Source of the DNA: Leptolyngbyaceae cyanobacterium
GTDB lineage: Bacteria > Cyanobacteriota > Cyanobacteriia > Phormidesmidales > Phormidesmidaceae
DNA length: 64,000 bases
Assembly: GCA_965263355.1 (NCBI GenBank)
Contig: CBDHHL010000032.1
Location: forward strand, 960,001 to 1,024,000
Direction: 5' to 3'
How positions within the stretch are numbered: the first letter of the stretch is position 1; each line of letters begins with the position of its first letter. Shown one piece after another: positions 8,914-18,923 of the stretch. The notes beneath the pieces were generated by a model. The model ran no database searches, was not told where the DNA came from, and was given only the letters and a program-made list of their open reading frames with translations. A program made the translations under genes and the position numbers.

Positions 8914-11711
8914 AGGGATTTTCTAAGTGATACATGAGCCTGTAACAGCTGCTTGATTTTTGCAATCTGAAAATTTGAAGCCAGTGTTTGCAATGTATTA
9001 ATCAACTGTTGTGACTGAGCATCTGTCACCACCAGTGTCTTTAGCTTAGTTTCGATGTCCTGAATATTCCCCATCATCGCCCAGTGGTAAAGCTCATCCA
9101 AGATGGTATCAGGGATTAAAACAGGTGTATCCATCTTTAAATTGATGGGTGAACTTGGTTCAATCTGAGAATTATTCAAATCACTCTCATCGTATAGCCA
9201 CTCAAGCGCAAGCAATGTTTCCAAGGTTTCTGTTAGAGTTTTTAAATCAATGGGTTTAGGCAAAAACGTATTCGCACCAGCCGCTAAACTGCGTTGGCGA
9301 TCCGTTTCAAAAACACTGGCACTAATCACAATTACGGGAATATCTTGAAGTCCTTTGATCTGCCTTAACTGTTGAAGTAAATCAACTCCATTGAGTGTAG
9401 GCATAACCAAATCCGTAATAATCAGGTCAGGATATTGCTGCTTAATTAACTCTAAACCAGTTAAGCCATTGTCAGCACTATAGACATGGAATCCGATAGA
9501 ACCCAAAAAATCCAACAGCAGTTTAGAATCTTCTGAACTATCATCAATGACTAAAATGTTTGGAGTTTTTCCTTTAATACCAATAATTGTTCTGGCTGAG
9601 TCAATAAGGTGACTGCGGTCACCATACTCCAGCACAGGAATTTCCAAATCCATCCAAAACAGACTCCCCTCCCCTGGCATGCTTTGTACCTGAAGCTGGC
9701 TCCCCATTAACGTGACAATTTGTTGACTAATGGCTAGCCCCAAACCTGTTCCCTCTGACTTACGCTGACCATTGCCAACTTGCTCAAATGGTTTGAAAAT
9801 CTGTTCCAATTGGTCTGAAGTTATACCAATTCCCGTATCCTCAACCGATATACGCAGCCGACAATATTGGATTAACTGAGATGAGCCATCAGAAGAAGCG
9901 TTATCTAACCGCTTTACACTAAATGCAACACTCCCTTGATCGGTAAATTTTATAGCGTTACTAATCAGGTTAATCAAGACTTGACGAAAGCGTTTTTCAT
10001 CAATCTTCACTATCTGAGGTAGCGGGTAATCTAGGTTTAGAGTAAAGGTAAGCTCTTTTGCACGGGCACGAATCTGACACATCTCAGCCACACCCGATAG
10101 CAATGGCTCTAGATAAACCTCTTTAGGAAACAGTTCAAGCTTACGGGCCTCAATTTTGGCAAGGTCCAAAATATCATTAATCAAGGTGAGCAGATGGTTA
10201 CCACATTGATGAATAATCGAAATTTTATTGTGCTCTTCGTCTGTTAACGTTCGTGAGTTTTGCAAAATTTGGGTATATCCCAAAATGCCATTGAGGGGTG
10301 TACGTAGCTCATGGCTCATATTGGCTAAAAACTCGCTTTTGGCTTGGTTAGCATTATCAGCAGTCTGTTTAGCTTGGGCAAGTTCTTGCGTACGCTCTTT
10401 CACCTTTGTTTCTAGGGTGAGCGCATAATCTAAAAGCCGTTGATGAGAAAACTTCAACTGCTGATTTGTGAGCTGTAACCGATGTTTTTTAAACCGACTA
10501 GTGGTTGCGATCGCACTCCCCACTAAAGCCACCATCGGTGCCACGACCGGCAACACCCACCCCATTAGAAAACTGATATAACTTCCCCCTAGAAGCAATA
10601 TAGCACTCCCCCCCGTGACGACACTCGGCATTAAAAACCACCGCCGCTGCCGATTTTCTTGATGGTTATAGGTTTCTAAAAACCAATTTCCCAATGTCCC
10701 CCCAAACGCCCACAGAGTAATCCACAGCCACTGATATTCCCATGTCCAGCCCCGCAATAGAGGCCGTTTCCCCAGAGCACTGTCCAATAGATAGCTGGTA
10801 ATGTTGGCATGAATTAGCACACCAGCCATACGCTCATCTGCAGGCCCAAAGCCACCACTGTAGGGAGTGGCAAAAAAGTCCTTAGTACTGGCAGCAATGG
10901 AACCAATGTAGACAATGCGATCGCGCATCAAGCCCTCAGGAATCTTACCTGCCAGTACATCCGTAATTGAAATTTGTTGATATTGATGACTAGGACCATG
11001 CCACCCCATCAACACTTGATAGCCACCTAACTCATGGTTAGGGTAGCCAGCCGCCCGTCGCACCATCGGTAAAAAATCAGCCTGCCCCAACCGAAACTGC
11101 TGCCGGTCAAGGTTAACAGATTCAAGGACAATGCCATCCTGTTCTAGATAATTAAGGGCTAATTGGGTGCCCAACCCAGTTTTAATGACAGATGTTCGTT
11201 TATCTTCAGCAACGACTAAAATACGCCGAATGGTTTGATCCTTATCTGATACAAAATCAGCAACGGCAACCTGGCCAGTCTCTGCCAAGATTGGTGGAGG
11301 AGCTACCTGTCTACCAAAAACCTTCTCCACACCAATCAGTTGAGGTGTTGTCTCAAAAACATCCAGCAGTTGCCGATGCCCTGGCTCTTCCGGTAAATCT
11401 CGATACAGATCTAACCCAATCACCCGAGGCTGCTGAGCCCGAATATTAATTAACACCTGAGCCAAGGTTTTATCCGTAATGGGCCAGTGTCCCAACGCCT
11501 GAATATCCGGCTCATCCACCGTGACCACTACCACCCGATTATCAACAGGTGCTAACGCTCTACGACGATAAAACTCATCGCGGATAGCCCATTCCAACAA
11601 GTTTAACAGACCGAACCCATTGACAAAAATCACAATAGCGGACACACCAGGTGCCACAGACCAAATGGGCTTAGATTGCCGAATAAATTGTCTGAGGGCA
11701 ACTAAAAACAC
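8910..11711 (-). CDS. CHASE2-domain hybrid sensor histidine kinase (CHASE2-3TM-HisKA-HATPase-REC)
   Basis: [29 protein letters not shown]2 motifs, three TMs, [15 protein letters not shown]-terminal receiver with intact Asp. Confidence 0.95.
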   Translation of the reverse strand: MFLVALRQFIRQSKPIWSVAPGVSAIVIFVNGFGLLNLLEWAIRDEFYRRRALAPVDNRVVVVTVDEPDIQALGHWPITDKTLAQVLINIRAQQPRVIGLDLYRDLPEEPGHRQLLDVFETTPQLIGVEKVFGRQVAPPPILAETGQVAVADFVSDKDQTIRRILVVAEDKRTSVIKTGLGTQLALNYLEQDGIVLESVNLDRQQFRLGQADFLPMVRRAAGYPNHELGGYQVLMGWHGPSHQYQQISITDVLAGKIPEGLMRDRIVYIGSIAASTKDFFATPYSGGFGPADERMAGVLIHANITSYLLDSALGKRPLLRGWTWEYQWLWITLWAFGGTLGNWFLETYNHQENRQRRWFLMPSVVTGGSAILLLGGSYISFLMGWVLPVVAPMVALVGSAIATTSRFKKHRLQLTNQQLKFSHQRLLDYALTLETKVKERTQELAQAKQTADNANQAKSEFLANMSHELRTPLNGILGYTQILQNSRTLTDEEHNKISIIHQCGNHLLTLINDILDLAKIEARKLELFPKEVYLEPLLSGVAEMCQIRARAKELTFTLNLDYPLPQIVKIDEKRFRQVLINLISNAIKFTDQGSVAFSVKRLDNASSDGSSQLIQYCRLRISVEDTGIGITSDQLEQIFKPFEQVGNGQRKSEGTGLGLAISQQIVTLMGSQLQVQSMPGEGSLFWMDLEIPVLEYGDRSHLIDSARTIIGIKGKTPNILVIDDSSEDSKLLLDFLGSIGFHVYSADNGLTGLELIKQQYPDLIITDLVMPTLNGVDLLQQLRQIKGLQDIPVIVISASVFETDRQRSLAAGANTFLPKPIDLKTLTETLETLLALEWLYDESDLNNSQIEPSSPINLKMDTPVLIPDTILDELYHWAMMGNIQDIETKLKTLVVTDAQSQQLINTLQTLASNFQIAKIKQLLQAHVSLRKSL

Positions 11712-11863
11712 GTACTGATTAATCTATCCGTCAAAATCACACTCCATCCCAATGTTATGAAGTATTCGAGACTTTTAGTCTAAATCAGTAAATGATCAAT
11801 CTCCATGTCTGTTTCACTAAAGGACTTTAACTTTAGTTCGTAACAAATAATGCGCGTGAGTCA

Positions 11864-12883
11864 TCAAAGGAAAGAATGCTCTAACAAAGAATCTAACCCA
11901 ACTGAGTCAAGGAACTCAGTCCAATTAGCAATCGTATCAACCTGAGTTTGAGGATTAAGTTGTAGCTCAGCCAACTGTTCAGCTGCATCGTACCAGATGC
12001 CAGCTTGGGCTAACACCTTAGCTTTCGCCAAACCAGTAAGCCCATCCACTTGAACAACAGAAGCTACATCAACACGCTTAATCCAAGCAGTCACATAGGG
12101 GCTGCTTGGTGTAATGTATTGGCCCGTTTGCAACGTTACAAACCATTGATAATATTTGCCAACAGCTAATTCTGGAGCATTCTCGTGTAGAGTAATCCTC
12201 AAAATACCATCCGCTCCATCCAAAGGAACGACCTGACGATAAATGACTGATCGAGTCTCATCTTTTAGGCTAAAAATCGCAGTATGCGCTTTAGTTTCAG
12301 GCAAATAAGCCATGATTGTAGGTCGCGCTGAAACAGTCAACCCATAAAGGTTGACTGGAGTCACAGGCATCATAGCTGTTACATAATTAGGCGCAAACCC
12401 ATGAACCGCAACACTCCCCTCTTCTGAGGAGAACAGAGCACTATCTTCAACACGACTTTCTCGAGAGGCACCGCTCACTGTACTCTGAGGGGCTGCATTG
12501 TCTGGAGGCGGGGTAAACCCAATTCGAGAGGCACCACTAGTTGCACTATCAGGCGCAGAATTGTCTGGAGGTGGAATAAACCCAATTCGAGAGGCACCAC
12601 CAGTTGCATTATCAGGCGCAGAATTGCCTGGAGGCGGAATAAACCCAATTCGAGAGGCACCACCAGTTGCACTATCAGGCGCAGAATTGTCTGGAGGCGG
12701 AATAAACCTGATACTGCTGCGGGAAGCCCCGCCATCACCACGACTTGGAGCAGTGTTGTCCACCGGAGGAATAAAAGTCACTGCTAAGGTCGGCGCTAGA
12801 GTAGTCAACCAGAGCCCTAAGCTTATATATGTCAGCCTGACTAGATTACTCAACAAGCTATACTTCATCACCATACGCCTCAC
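11864..12883 (-). CDS. DUF928 domain exported protein with N-terminal 21-aa tandem repeats
   Basis: Signal peptide, GGASR motifs, GLTVSARPTIMAYLP, GKYYQW, AGIWYDA, W..FLDSVGL; start may be a few codons downstream. Confidence 0.88.
   Translation of the reverse strand: MRRMVMKYSLLSNLVRLTYISLGLWLTTLAPTLAVTFIPPVDNTAPSRGDGGASRSSIRFIPPPDNSAPDSATGGASRIGFIPPPGNSAPDNATGGASRIGFIPPPDNSAPDSATSGASRIGFTPPPDNAAPQSTVSGASRESRVEDSALFSSEEGSVAVHGFAPNYVTAMMPVTPVNLYGLTVSARPTIMAYLPETKAHTAIFSLKDETRSVIYRQVVPLDGADGILRITLHENAPELAVGKYYQWFVTLQTGQYITPSSPYVTAWIKRVDVASVVQVDGLTGLAKAKVLAQAGIWYDAAEQLAELQLNPQTQVDTIANWTEFLDSVGLDSLLEHSFL
12461..12781 (-). repeat. Coding tandem repeat: 4 x 63 bp (12461-12712) plus one degenerate unit
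   Basis: Units encode IRFIPPPDNSAPDSATGGASR / IGFIPPPGNSAPDNATGGASR / IGFIPPPDNSAPDSATSGASR / IGFTPPPDNAAPQSTVSGASR. Confidence 0.95.
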
Positions 12884-13270
12884 TTAACCCTAGGTAAGAT
12901 TGCTGAAGTAATCGATACTAAAAATGCAAACGTGCAGATAACCCTTTAACACAGACCTATGCGCCTTACTCTTCCTAGTAAACTTTGTCTCAATTCAAAC
13001 CTCATTTTTTTTTACCGACTTTCTACTAAAAACCATAGTTACGTAGAAATAAGAGAGCCTTATTTAGGATAAATCCTAGTCAATTTTAATCAAAAGCAAG
13101 GACATAATCTTTATGATTATTGAGCATTTTATAGAGCTAATTAGCCCCAAAAAATTTATCGAATACTTATTTTTTTAGTTTTGCGAAAGTTCACCCAAAG
13201 TCTTTTGTAAAAATTCATGAAACGAGTTTACGCAAATTCACGCAAAGTCTCTTTTTTTAGTTACTTCCGC

Positions 13271-15844
13271 TTAGAGCCAGTTACCAATTAACACATAGGG
13301 CGACCAGAAAAAGGGCTCAGCAAAGTCTTTGTTTTTTAACAACTTCAGCTGTGCCTGACGTAGCGCTTCTGCCTTAGTCATCCTAGACTGTCCTAGATTT
13401 TGATAAAAATCGATCATCAGCTGCTTAGCCACTTCATCCCTGACAGACCATAGAGTCGCTAGAGTAGAACGGGCACCCGAGCGAACCGCTAATCCAGCTA
13501 ACCCCAGTGTGGCCCGATCATCCCCTGCAGCTGTTTCACAGGCACTGAGGGTTAACAGCTCAATGGCCTGACTACGCTCCGTTTCCCTACGTTTCAGCAG
13601 CTCTGATAACTCATTGATATTGATAGCCCCATCCCAAGTTAGAAAAAAGGTCTGACTAAAATCAGAACTAAACTGCCCATGGCTTGCTAAGTGGAGCACA
13701 TTGACTTGACGATCGGTCAAACTTTGACGTAGAGACTGACGCGTAAACTGCTGATCTAATAACTGATGTGAAGAAAACAGTTTACTGATATTGCTTACCT
13801 CTTCTTTAACCGCAGGCAATGCACTGAAACGACCGCGGGCCTGACTAATGCCAGCCACAATAGCATTATTGTCTTGGTTCTCTAAAGCATTGGCCGGTAA
13901 TAGCTGTAACCCTGGCGATAGGGCAACAGCATATTTTTCAATCAGGTATTGCTGGCCGTCGTGAAGAGCCGACATCGGTAAATTGCGAAGCAGACCGTCT
14001 AACACAAATACTAGAGTTTGCTCTGGCTTCAACAGACCGGCCTCTTCCGCTGGACGGATTAACCAGTTGTATAGAGTCTGGGCATAGCGTAATTGATCCT
14101 GACGATCGGTGGATGGATGCAGATTAGTTAGAAATGAGCGCAGCGTAGTTTCAAGTTGAGCATATTCGATCTTAGTTTCGTAGGCTTGCAACTGACCAGG
14201 TTGCGAATAAATCACTGCTAGCCGATCATCTAGAATGATGGCGTAAACCACCATGGCGTTGGCATCAATTTGATCAACTTTGTCAGTCTCAAGGTCTATA
14301 CAAGCCTCTCGAAAGAAATTGTCTAATTCTGCTATTTGTAGATTTTCTAAAATCACACGCGCTTTCTGTAAGGAGTTCTGACTCCCCTCTCGTAAAAGCT
14401 GTGAAACCAGATCTCGGTAAACCGGTTCTACCTGCTCTCGGTAGGAAAATTGAATGTCCTGGTTGATTGCTATCAGATCTCCCCGCAGACTTTGTAGAGC
14501 ATCCACCGCCTTCGTGTAAGCATCGATAGACGACTGTAATTCTCCCTGCTGTTCAAATAGCTGTCCCAGCTGCCAGGCTGACTGGGAAATGATATCTGCT
14601 GATTGAATAGATTCGGCTAGGAAAAGGGATTGTTCAGTTAAGTTAAGGGCATCGGTTAGTTGTTTATTCTGACGATATAGCCTTCCTAACTGATAGAGAG
14701 AGTAAGCCTCGGCTCGCCAATCTTTCAGTGCTTTGGCCGCTCTCACACCATTGGCTAATAGCTGACTAATTTGAGGGGTTGACAGAGGCTGAAGATCGTG
14801 GGGAAGTCGAGACAAATTGTGGGCCAGGTTAACGGTACCGTATACGGTCGTACGGCTGGCTGACATTGTAGTGAGCTGCTTTTGAATTTGCGCAGTAAGT
14901 TGAGAAATATCTGCTGTCTCTTCAAGATCGACATAGGTGGAAAGTTTATCTAAACGAGCCTGGAGCTGATCAAGCGGGATGAGCGCAGCGTCCTCCGCAG
15001 CTTGAAAGTAATCCAGCGCCTTTTGAGGTGAATCGACCTCAGCAGCCAACTTACCAATGCTCAAGTAGATAGAACTTAGTTCGGTTTGAGCGTCTAAATT
15101 ACGGGCTAGCTCAAGGCTTTGGGCCAGTACATTGTAACTATCACGGGGAGAACCGATCAGCTGTAGCGTTTGCCCTAAACTGCGCAATGCGGCAATTTTC
15201 AGCTGGCTATCGGGCAGCGTATTTAACTGCTGTGTAATTATTTGCAGTTGATCCTTGGCCCGTCGATAAAAACCTAGGGTTTGTAATGCCTGGGTCTGGT
15301 TAATTCGCACCCCCAAAGCACCCGCTGTGTCATCGGCCTGGAGATAGTAGATCTCTGCTTCTTGCCAAAGCTCTAGGGCGGTTTGAGCCTGACCACCGTG
15401 GTTCAGTGTAAGGCTAGCCTGAGTATTAAGGGTTTGAGCCCACAAAATCGGCTCTATATGGGGGGCCGTTTCCAGTAATGTTCGACTCATTTCAACGGCT
15501 TGCTGAGCCTGATCCCAGTTGTTGAGCGCTTGCTGGGCAGAGGCGATACCATTCCAGCCCATAACCTGACGAGGCAGATCTTCTTGTTGAGACGCTTGCT
15601 GAATGGCAATTTGCCACTGTTCAATTGCAGCCGCAAACTGTCCTGCGTGGTAATGGGTGCGTCCGACTGCCAATAGATCGCTGGCTGATATGGCCTGAAC
15701 TGTTGTAGCTGGTCGCTCTGGTGTTTCAGTAATTGCTGGAACGGGTAAGGTAGGGTTAAATGCGATCGCAACCACCACTAGAAACCCTAATACCCCAAAC
15801 CCCAACCAACGTAATCTTTTTATTCGGAAAGACAAATACGCCAT
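13271..15844 (-). CDS. TPR-CHAT (caspase HetF-associated) cysteine protease, exported or membrane anchored
   Basis: N-terminal hydrophobic signal, TPR-like helices, LHLASHG and LSACET catalytic His/Cys, ATLWSV, PFFWSPYVLIGNWL. Confidence 0.95.
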   Translation of the reverse strand: MAYLSFRIKRLRWLGFGVLGFLVVVAIAFNPTLPVPAITETPERPATTVQAISASDLLAVGRTHYHAGQFAAAIEQWQIAIQQASQQEDLPRQVMGWNGIASAQQALNNWDQAQQAVEMSRTLLETAPHIEPILWAQTLNTQASLTLNHGGQAQTALELWQEAEIYYLQADDTAGALGVRINQTQALQTLGFYRRAKDQLQIITQQLNTLPDSQLKIAALRSLGQTLQLIGSPRDSYNVLAQSLELARNLDAQTELSSIYLSIGKLAAEVDSPQKALDYFQAAEDAALIPLDQLQARLDKLSTYVDLEETADISQLTAQIQKQLTTMSASRTTVYGTVNLAHNLSRLPHDLQPLSTPQISQLLANGVRAAKALKDWRAEAYSLYQLGRLYRQNKQLTDALNLTEQSLFLAESIQSADIISQSAWQLGQLFEQQGELQSSIDAYTKAVDALQSLRGDLIAINQDIQFSYREQVEPVYRDLVSQLLREGSQNSLQKARVILENLQIAELDNFFREACIDLETDKVDQIDANAMVVYAIILDDRLAVIYSQPGQLQAYETKIEYAQLETTLRSFLTNLHPSTDRQDQLRYAQTLYNWLIRPAEEAGLLKPEQTLVFVLDGLLRNLPMSALHDGQQYLIEKYAVALSPGLQLLPANALENQDNNAIVAGISQARGRFSALPAVKEEVSNISKLFSSHQLLDQQFTRQSLRQSLTDRQVNVLHLASHGQFSSDFSQTFFLTWDGAININELSELLKRRETERSQAIELLTLSACETAAGDDRATLGLAGLAVRSGARSTLATLWSVRDEVAKQLMIDFYQNLGQSRMTKAEALRQAQLKLLKNKDFAEPFFWSPYVLIGNWL

Positions 15845-16063
15845 AGTCTGACTTTTGCCCTATGCAACAACAAACGCCCTAACCATTGGTACCATCAAGC
15901 AGACTGCAATACCCTTAACATCAACATCACCCTATAAGTATGTCAACAAGGGACAGCAAACGTCATCAGGAACATGCATCAGTTTGCCCTCATCTAAAGC
16001 TGCATTAATTTTTTTGGGCAGCGTCAAGACTCAGCCTCTCTAAAACCAACTATTCTTTCCTTG

Positions 16064-18721
16064 CTAATTAAAATCCATAGAAGCATCAGCACAGGTAGTT
16101 TTGGAAACCGATGAAACAGCTGCCGCATTCGTTGCAACTAGCTCAACTTGCCCCAGGTCATTGTGATACCAGATATTAGCTTCCTCTAATGTCGCATCAG
16201 TTGACACAACAGAGAATTCAATCTGGGAATCGTTGAGAAAAGAAGTGAGGTCGCGGGTGTCAGTCCAGATGCGATCGCGATGCACCCCCTCAGTCGGGGC
16301 CGCAGGCACTCCACCACGCCCTGTGACAACAAACTGATTACGCCCGCCCGTACAGCCCTGAACAACCTGGTTGCTGGCATCTGCTAAATTTTCAGGCAGT
16401 TCTACCAGTCCTGAATCTGGCTGTACATTAAAGTCATTAATGGCAACCGTACCACTGAGACCAAACTTAGAACTTGCGGTAATGTCGTTATCGGGGGTGA
16501 GTTGTTCGCGGAACATCAATCCAAACAGCCCCTGGGTCGTAATATCAATGTTGCCACCACTGCCAAAAACCGCATTGGCAACAATGTCACTATTCTCTAA
16601 ACCTAGAATGACTGGAGCAACTAAAACAATATTACCTCCAGCAGCCATGTCTGTAGCACTCGTCACAATTTCGCTATTTTGACGCAACAATATCAGCTGA
16701 GTAGCATTGATATTGATATTGCCCTCAATACCCGCTGTTACTTGTGCCTGCAAAACACCATCGTTGAGCACAAGATTGTCTGCAGAGATTGTCAAATTGC
16801 CTGCATTGCCCTCATTCAAACTACTGACCGACACTTGCCCCCCATCGCGAATGGTAATTTGATCGCCATTGAGCCTAATGGCACCTGCATTAAAGCTAGT
16901 AGTTGAGCTAGACGTGATTGCACTATGAAATAATGCATCATCCGATTGTCCAGCAATGTCAATTTCGCTGGCACGAATGTTAATGCTGCCTGCTGCTCCA
17001 AAACCCTCAGTCGATGCCGTAATCTGTCCTCCACGGGAAATCTGCAACTGATCAGCTTCGATATCTAGCGATCCTCCATTACCGGTGGAATCTATATTCA
17101 CACTGGCAACGATACCACTCACCGTATCGGACGCGTCCACAACAGCATCAGCTACCTCAATCAGGTCAGCCTGGATAGAAAGATTGCCCCCATCACCACT
17201 GCCAACAGTATTAACGGCTATTTTGCCCCCTTGAGTAATCGTTAACCGGGGTGTTGTCAGGCTCAGGTCTCCCGCATTTCCAGTAGACTCAAATTCAGCA
17301 CTCGAAAATATACCGCTGGACAAAAGATCCCCAAAAACAACTCCAGTACCTTGAATATCAACGGCATCTGTCGCCGTAATCGTAAACGCCCCTGAGCTAC
17401 CCCCACCAAAGGTACCAGTGCCGATTTGGCTACCCTCCCGCAGTACTAAACGCTCAACATTTAGAATAAAATCCCCACCATCACCTGCATCGGGGCCTTC
17501 TCCAAAGGTCGTCGCTTGAATAAGTGTTGGCTTTTGAGCCAAAAGTTGGTTGGCAGTAATGGTCAGATCCCCTCCTTGACCAGGTCCAAACGTGTCTGCT
17601 GCAATGACAGTCGCGAACTCATTGGAGATCCCCAATAGAGAAATGTCATCCGCATTGATTGTCAGGTCTCCTCCTGCCCCCGTTCCCTCCGCTTCGGCAA
17701 CAATAAAGGCTGTATTTGTCAACGTCAACAGATCTGTCTCAATTAATAGGCTATTGCCCTGTCCTGCAGCTAGGGGACTCACATCAATAACAACCGGGGG
17801 AAAGGTATCATCTCCAATCAGCTCCAACTTGTCAGTAGCGCGAATAGTTAGAGTTTCACCATCAGAGTCTCCCAGGTTAAATGCGAATAGGGCCGCATCG
17901 TCGGTCAGGGTAATCGAGCGACCCTGCAATTGAAATCGACCCCCTCCATCACCACTAACATCAACCATCGCCCCTTGAGTCAGCAGAATATCTTGAAAAT
18001 CAGTAGCATTGTCATAGGTAATCAAAAACGTGTTGGGATCGATGGTGACTTGGCTATCTGCCGCCACACCACCCAGCACAGTATAGCCAGACTCTACGAT
18101 GATGTTACTTCCGAAAAATTGAAGATTACCACCTAACAAACCCAGAGATTCTCCAGTATTGAGAATTAACTCACTTTGATTAAGGGTAATCTCATTGGCC
18201 GTATTACCAAACTGCAAACCGACAGGGGTACTAACGCTTAACAGAGGAGCACTGTTCGAATTACGACTACTAAAACTCAGTTCATCGTTAAATAAAACAC
18301 TCTCGGCTGTACTGGCAAAGAATGATCCTGGCAACAACAAACTTGCATTAGCTCCAAAGGTAATACCGTTGGGATTGATCAGAAATAAATCCGGATTGTT
18401 CCCACCGGTTAGCTCTAATTGTCCATCGATCAAAGAGAGATTTGCCCCCGTTACTCGACCAATAACGACATCCACAGCACTCTGAGTGCCATCTAGCTGA
18501 AACAGCACATCGGCTGTACTGGGTGAAAATTCTTGAAAACTGTGGAACAATGTTGTCAACTGCTGGCTACCGCCCGTGACGGTGAAGGGGCCATCGCCTG
18601 CAATGGTGGTACCCACTGTTCCATCCGCGACTACATTCTGAGCATAGCCAGGCAAAGCCAATGCCAAAATGCCGATTACCCCCAGCCACCCTATGGGCCA
18701 AGCAAATCGTCTATTGCTCAT
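16064..18721 (-). CDS. Filamentous haemagglutinin-like TpsA exoprotein, paralogue A
   Basis: Signal peptide, TPS domain (LFHSF..RVTG..LFLINPNGI), GNAGxLxI beta-helix repeats, C-terminal FVVTGRGG domain with two Cys. Confidence 0.93.
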   Translation of the reverse strand: MSNRRFAWPIGWLGVIGILALALPGYAQNVVADGTVGTTIAGDGPFTVTGGSQQLTTLFHSFQEFSPSTADVLFQLDGTQSAVDVVIGRVTGANLSLIDGQLELTGGNNPDLFLINPNGITFGANASLLLPGSFFASTAESVLFNDELSFSSRNSNSAPLLSVSTPVGLQFGNTANEITLNQSELILNTGESLGLLGGNLQFFGSNIIVESGYTVLGGVAADSQVTIDPNTFLITYDNATDFQDILLTQGAMVDVSGDGGGRFQLQGRSITLTDDAALFAFNLGDSDGETLTIRATDKLELIGDDTFPPVVIDVSPLAAGQGNSLLIETDLLTLTNTAFIVAEAEGTGAGGDLTINADDISLLGISNEFATVIAADTFGPGQGGDLTITANQLLAQKPTLIQATTFGEGPDAGDGGDFILNVERLVLREGSQIGTGTFGGGSSGAFTITATDAVDIQGTGVVFGDLLSSGIFSSAEFESTGNAGDLSLTTPRLTITQGGKIAVNTVGSGDGGNLSIQADLIEVADAVVDASDTVSGIVASVNIDSTGNGGSLDIEADQLQISRGGQITASTEGFGAAGSINIRASEIDIAGQSDDALFHSAITSSSTTSFNAGAIRLNGDQITIRDGGQVSVSSLNEGNAGNLTISADNLVLNDGVLQAQVTAGIEGNININATQLILLRQNSEIVTSATDMAAGGNIVLVAPVILGLENSDIVANAVFGSGGNIDITTQGLFGLMFREQLTPDNDITASSKFGLSGTVAINDFNVQPDSGLVELPENLADASNQVVQGCTGGRNQFVVTGRGGVPAAPTEGVHRDRIWTDTRDLTSFLNDSQIEFSVVSTDATLEEANIWYHNDLGQVELVATNAAAVSSVSKTTCADASMDFN

Positions 18722-18856
18722 ATCTACAGGCCATTACAACACAGCATTTTATCTCAGGCCCATCTACCTCACTTAGTTAGAAAGCTCAGGGTAAGGGATG
18801 AGTTTGCACCCATATGGGTTCTAGAGTAGCAGAGATAGCGATGCGATCGCACCAAA
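18432..18856. repeat. Near-identical direct repeat copy 1 (tpsA 5' end plus upstream region), ending just past a HIP1 site
   Basis: Matches 21325-21749 (offset 2893) with 2 differences seen; HIP1 GCGATCGC at 18843-18850. Confidence 0.92.
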
Positions 18857-18923
18857 GCAATGCTGGCAATTTATCAAGTTTCTTGATATTGATATCTCCA
18901 CCTCCTGCTCAATCATGTAATCC

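Noticed and set aside
12461..12712. Regular repeats resembling a CRISPR array
   Set aside because: Units are contiguous 63-bp in-frame coding repeats with no unique spacers and no cas genes
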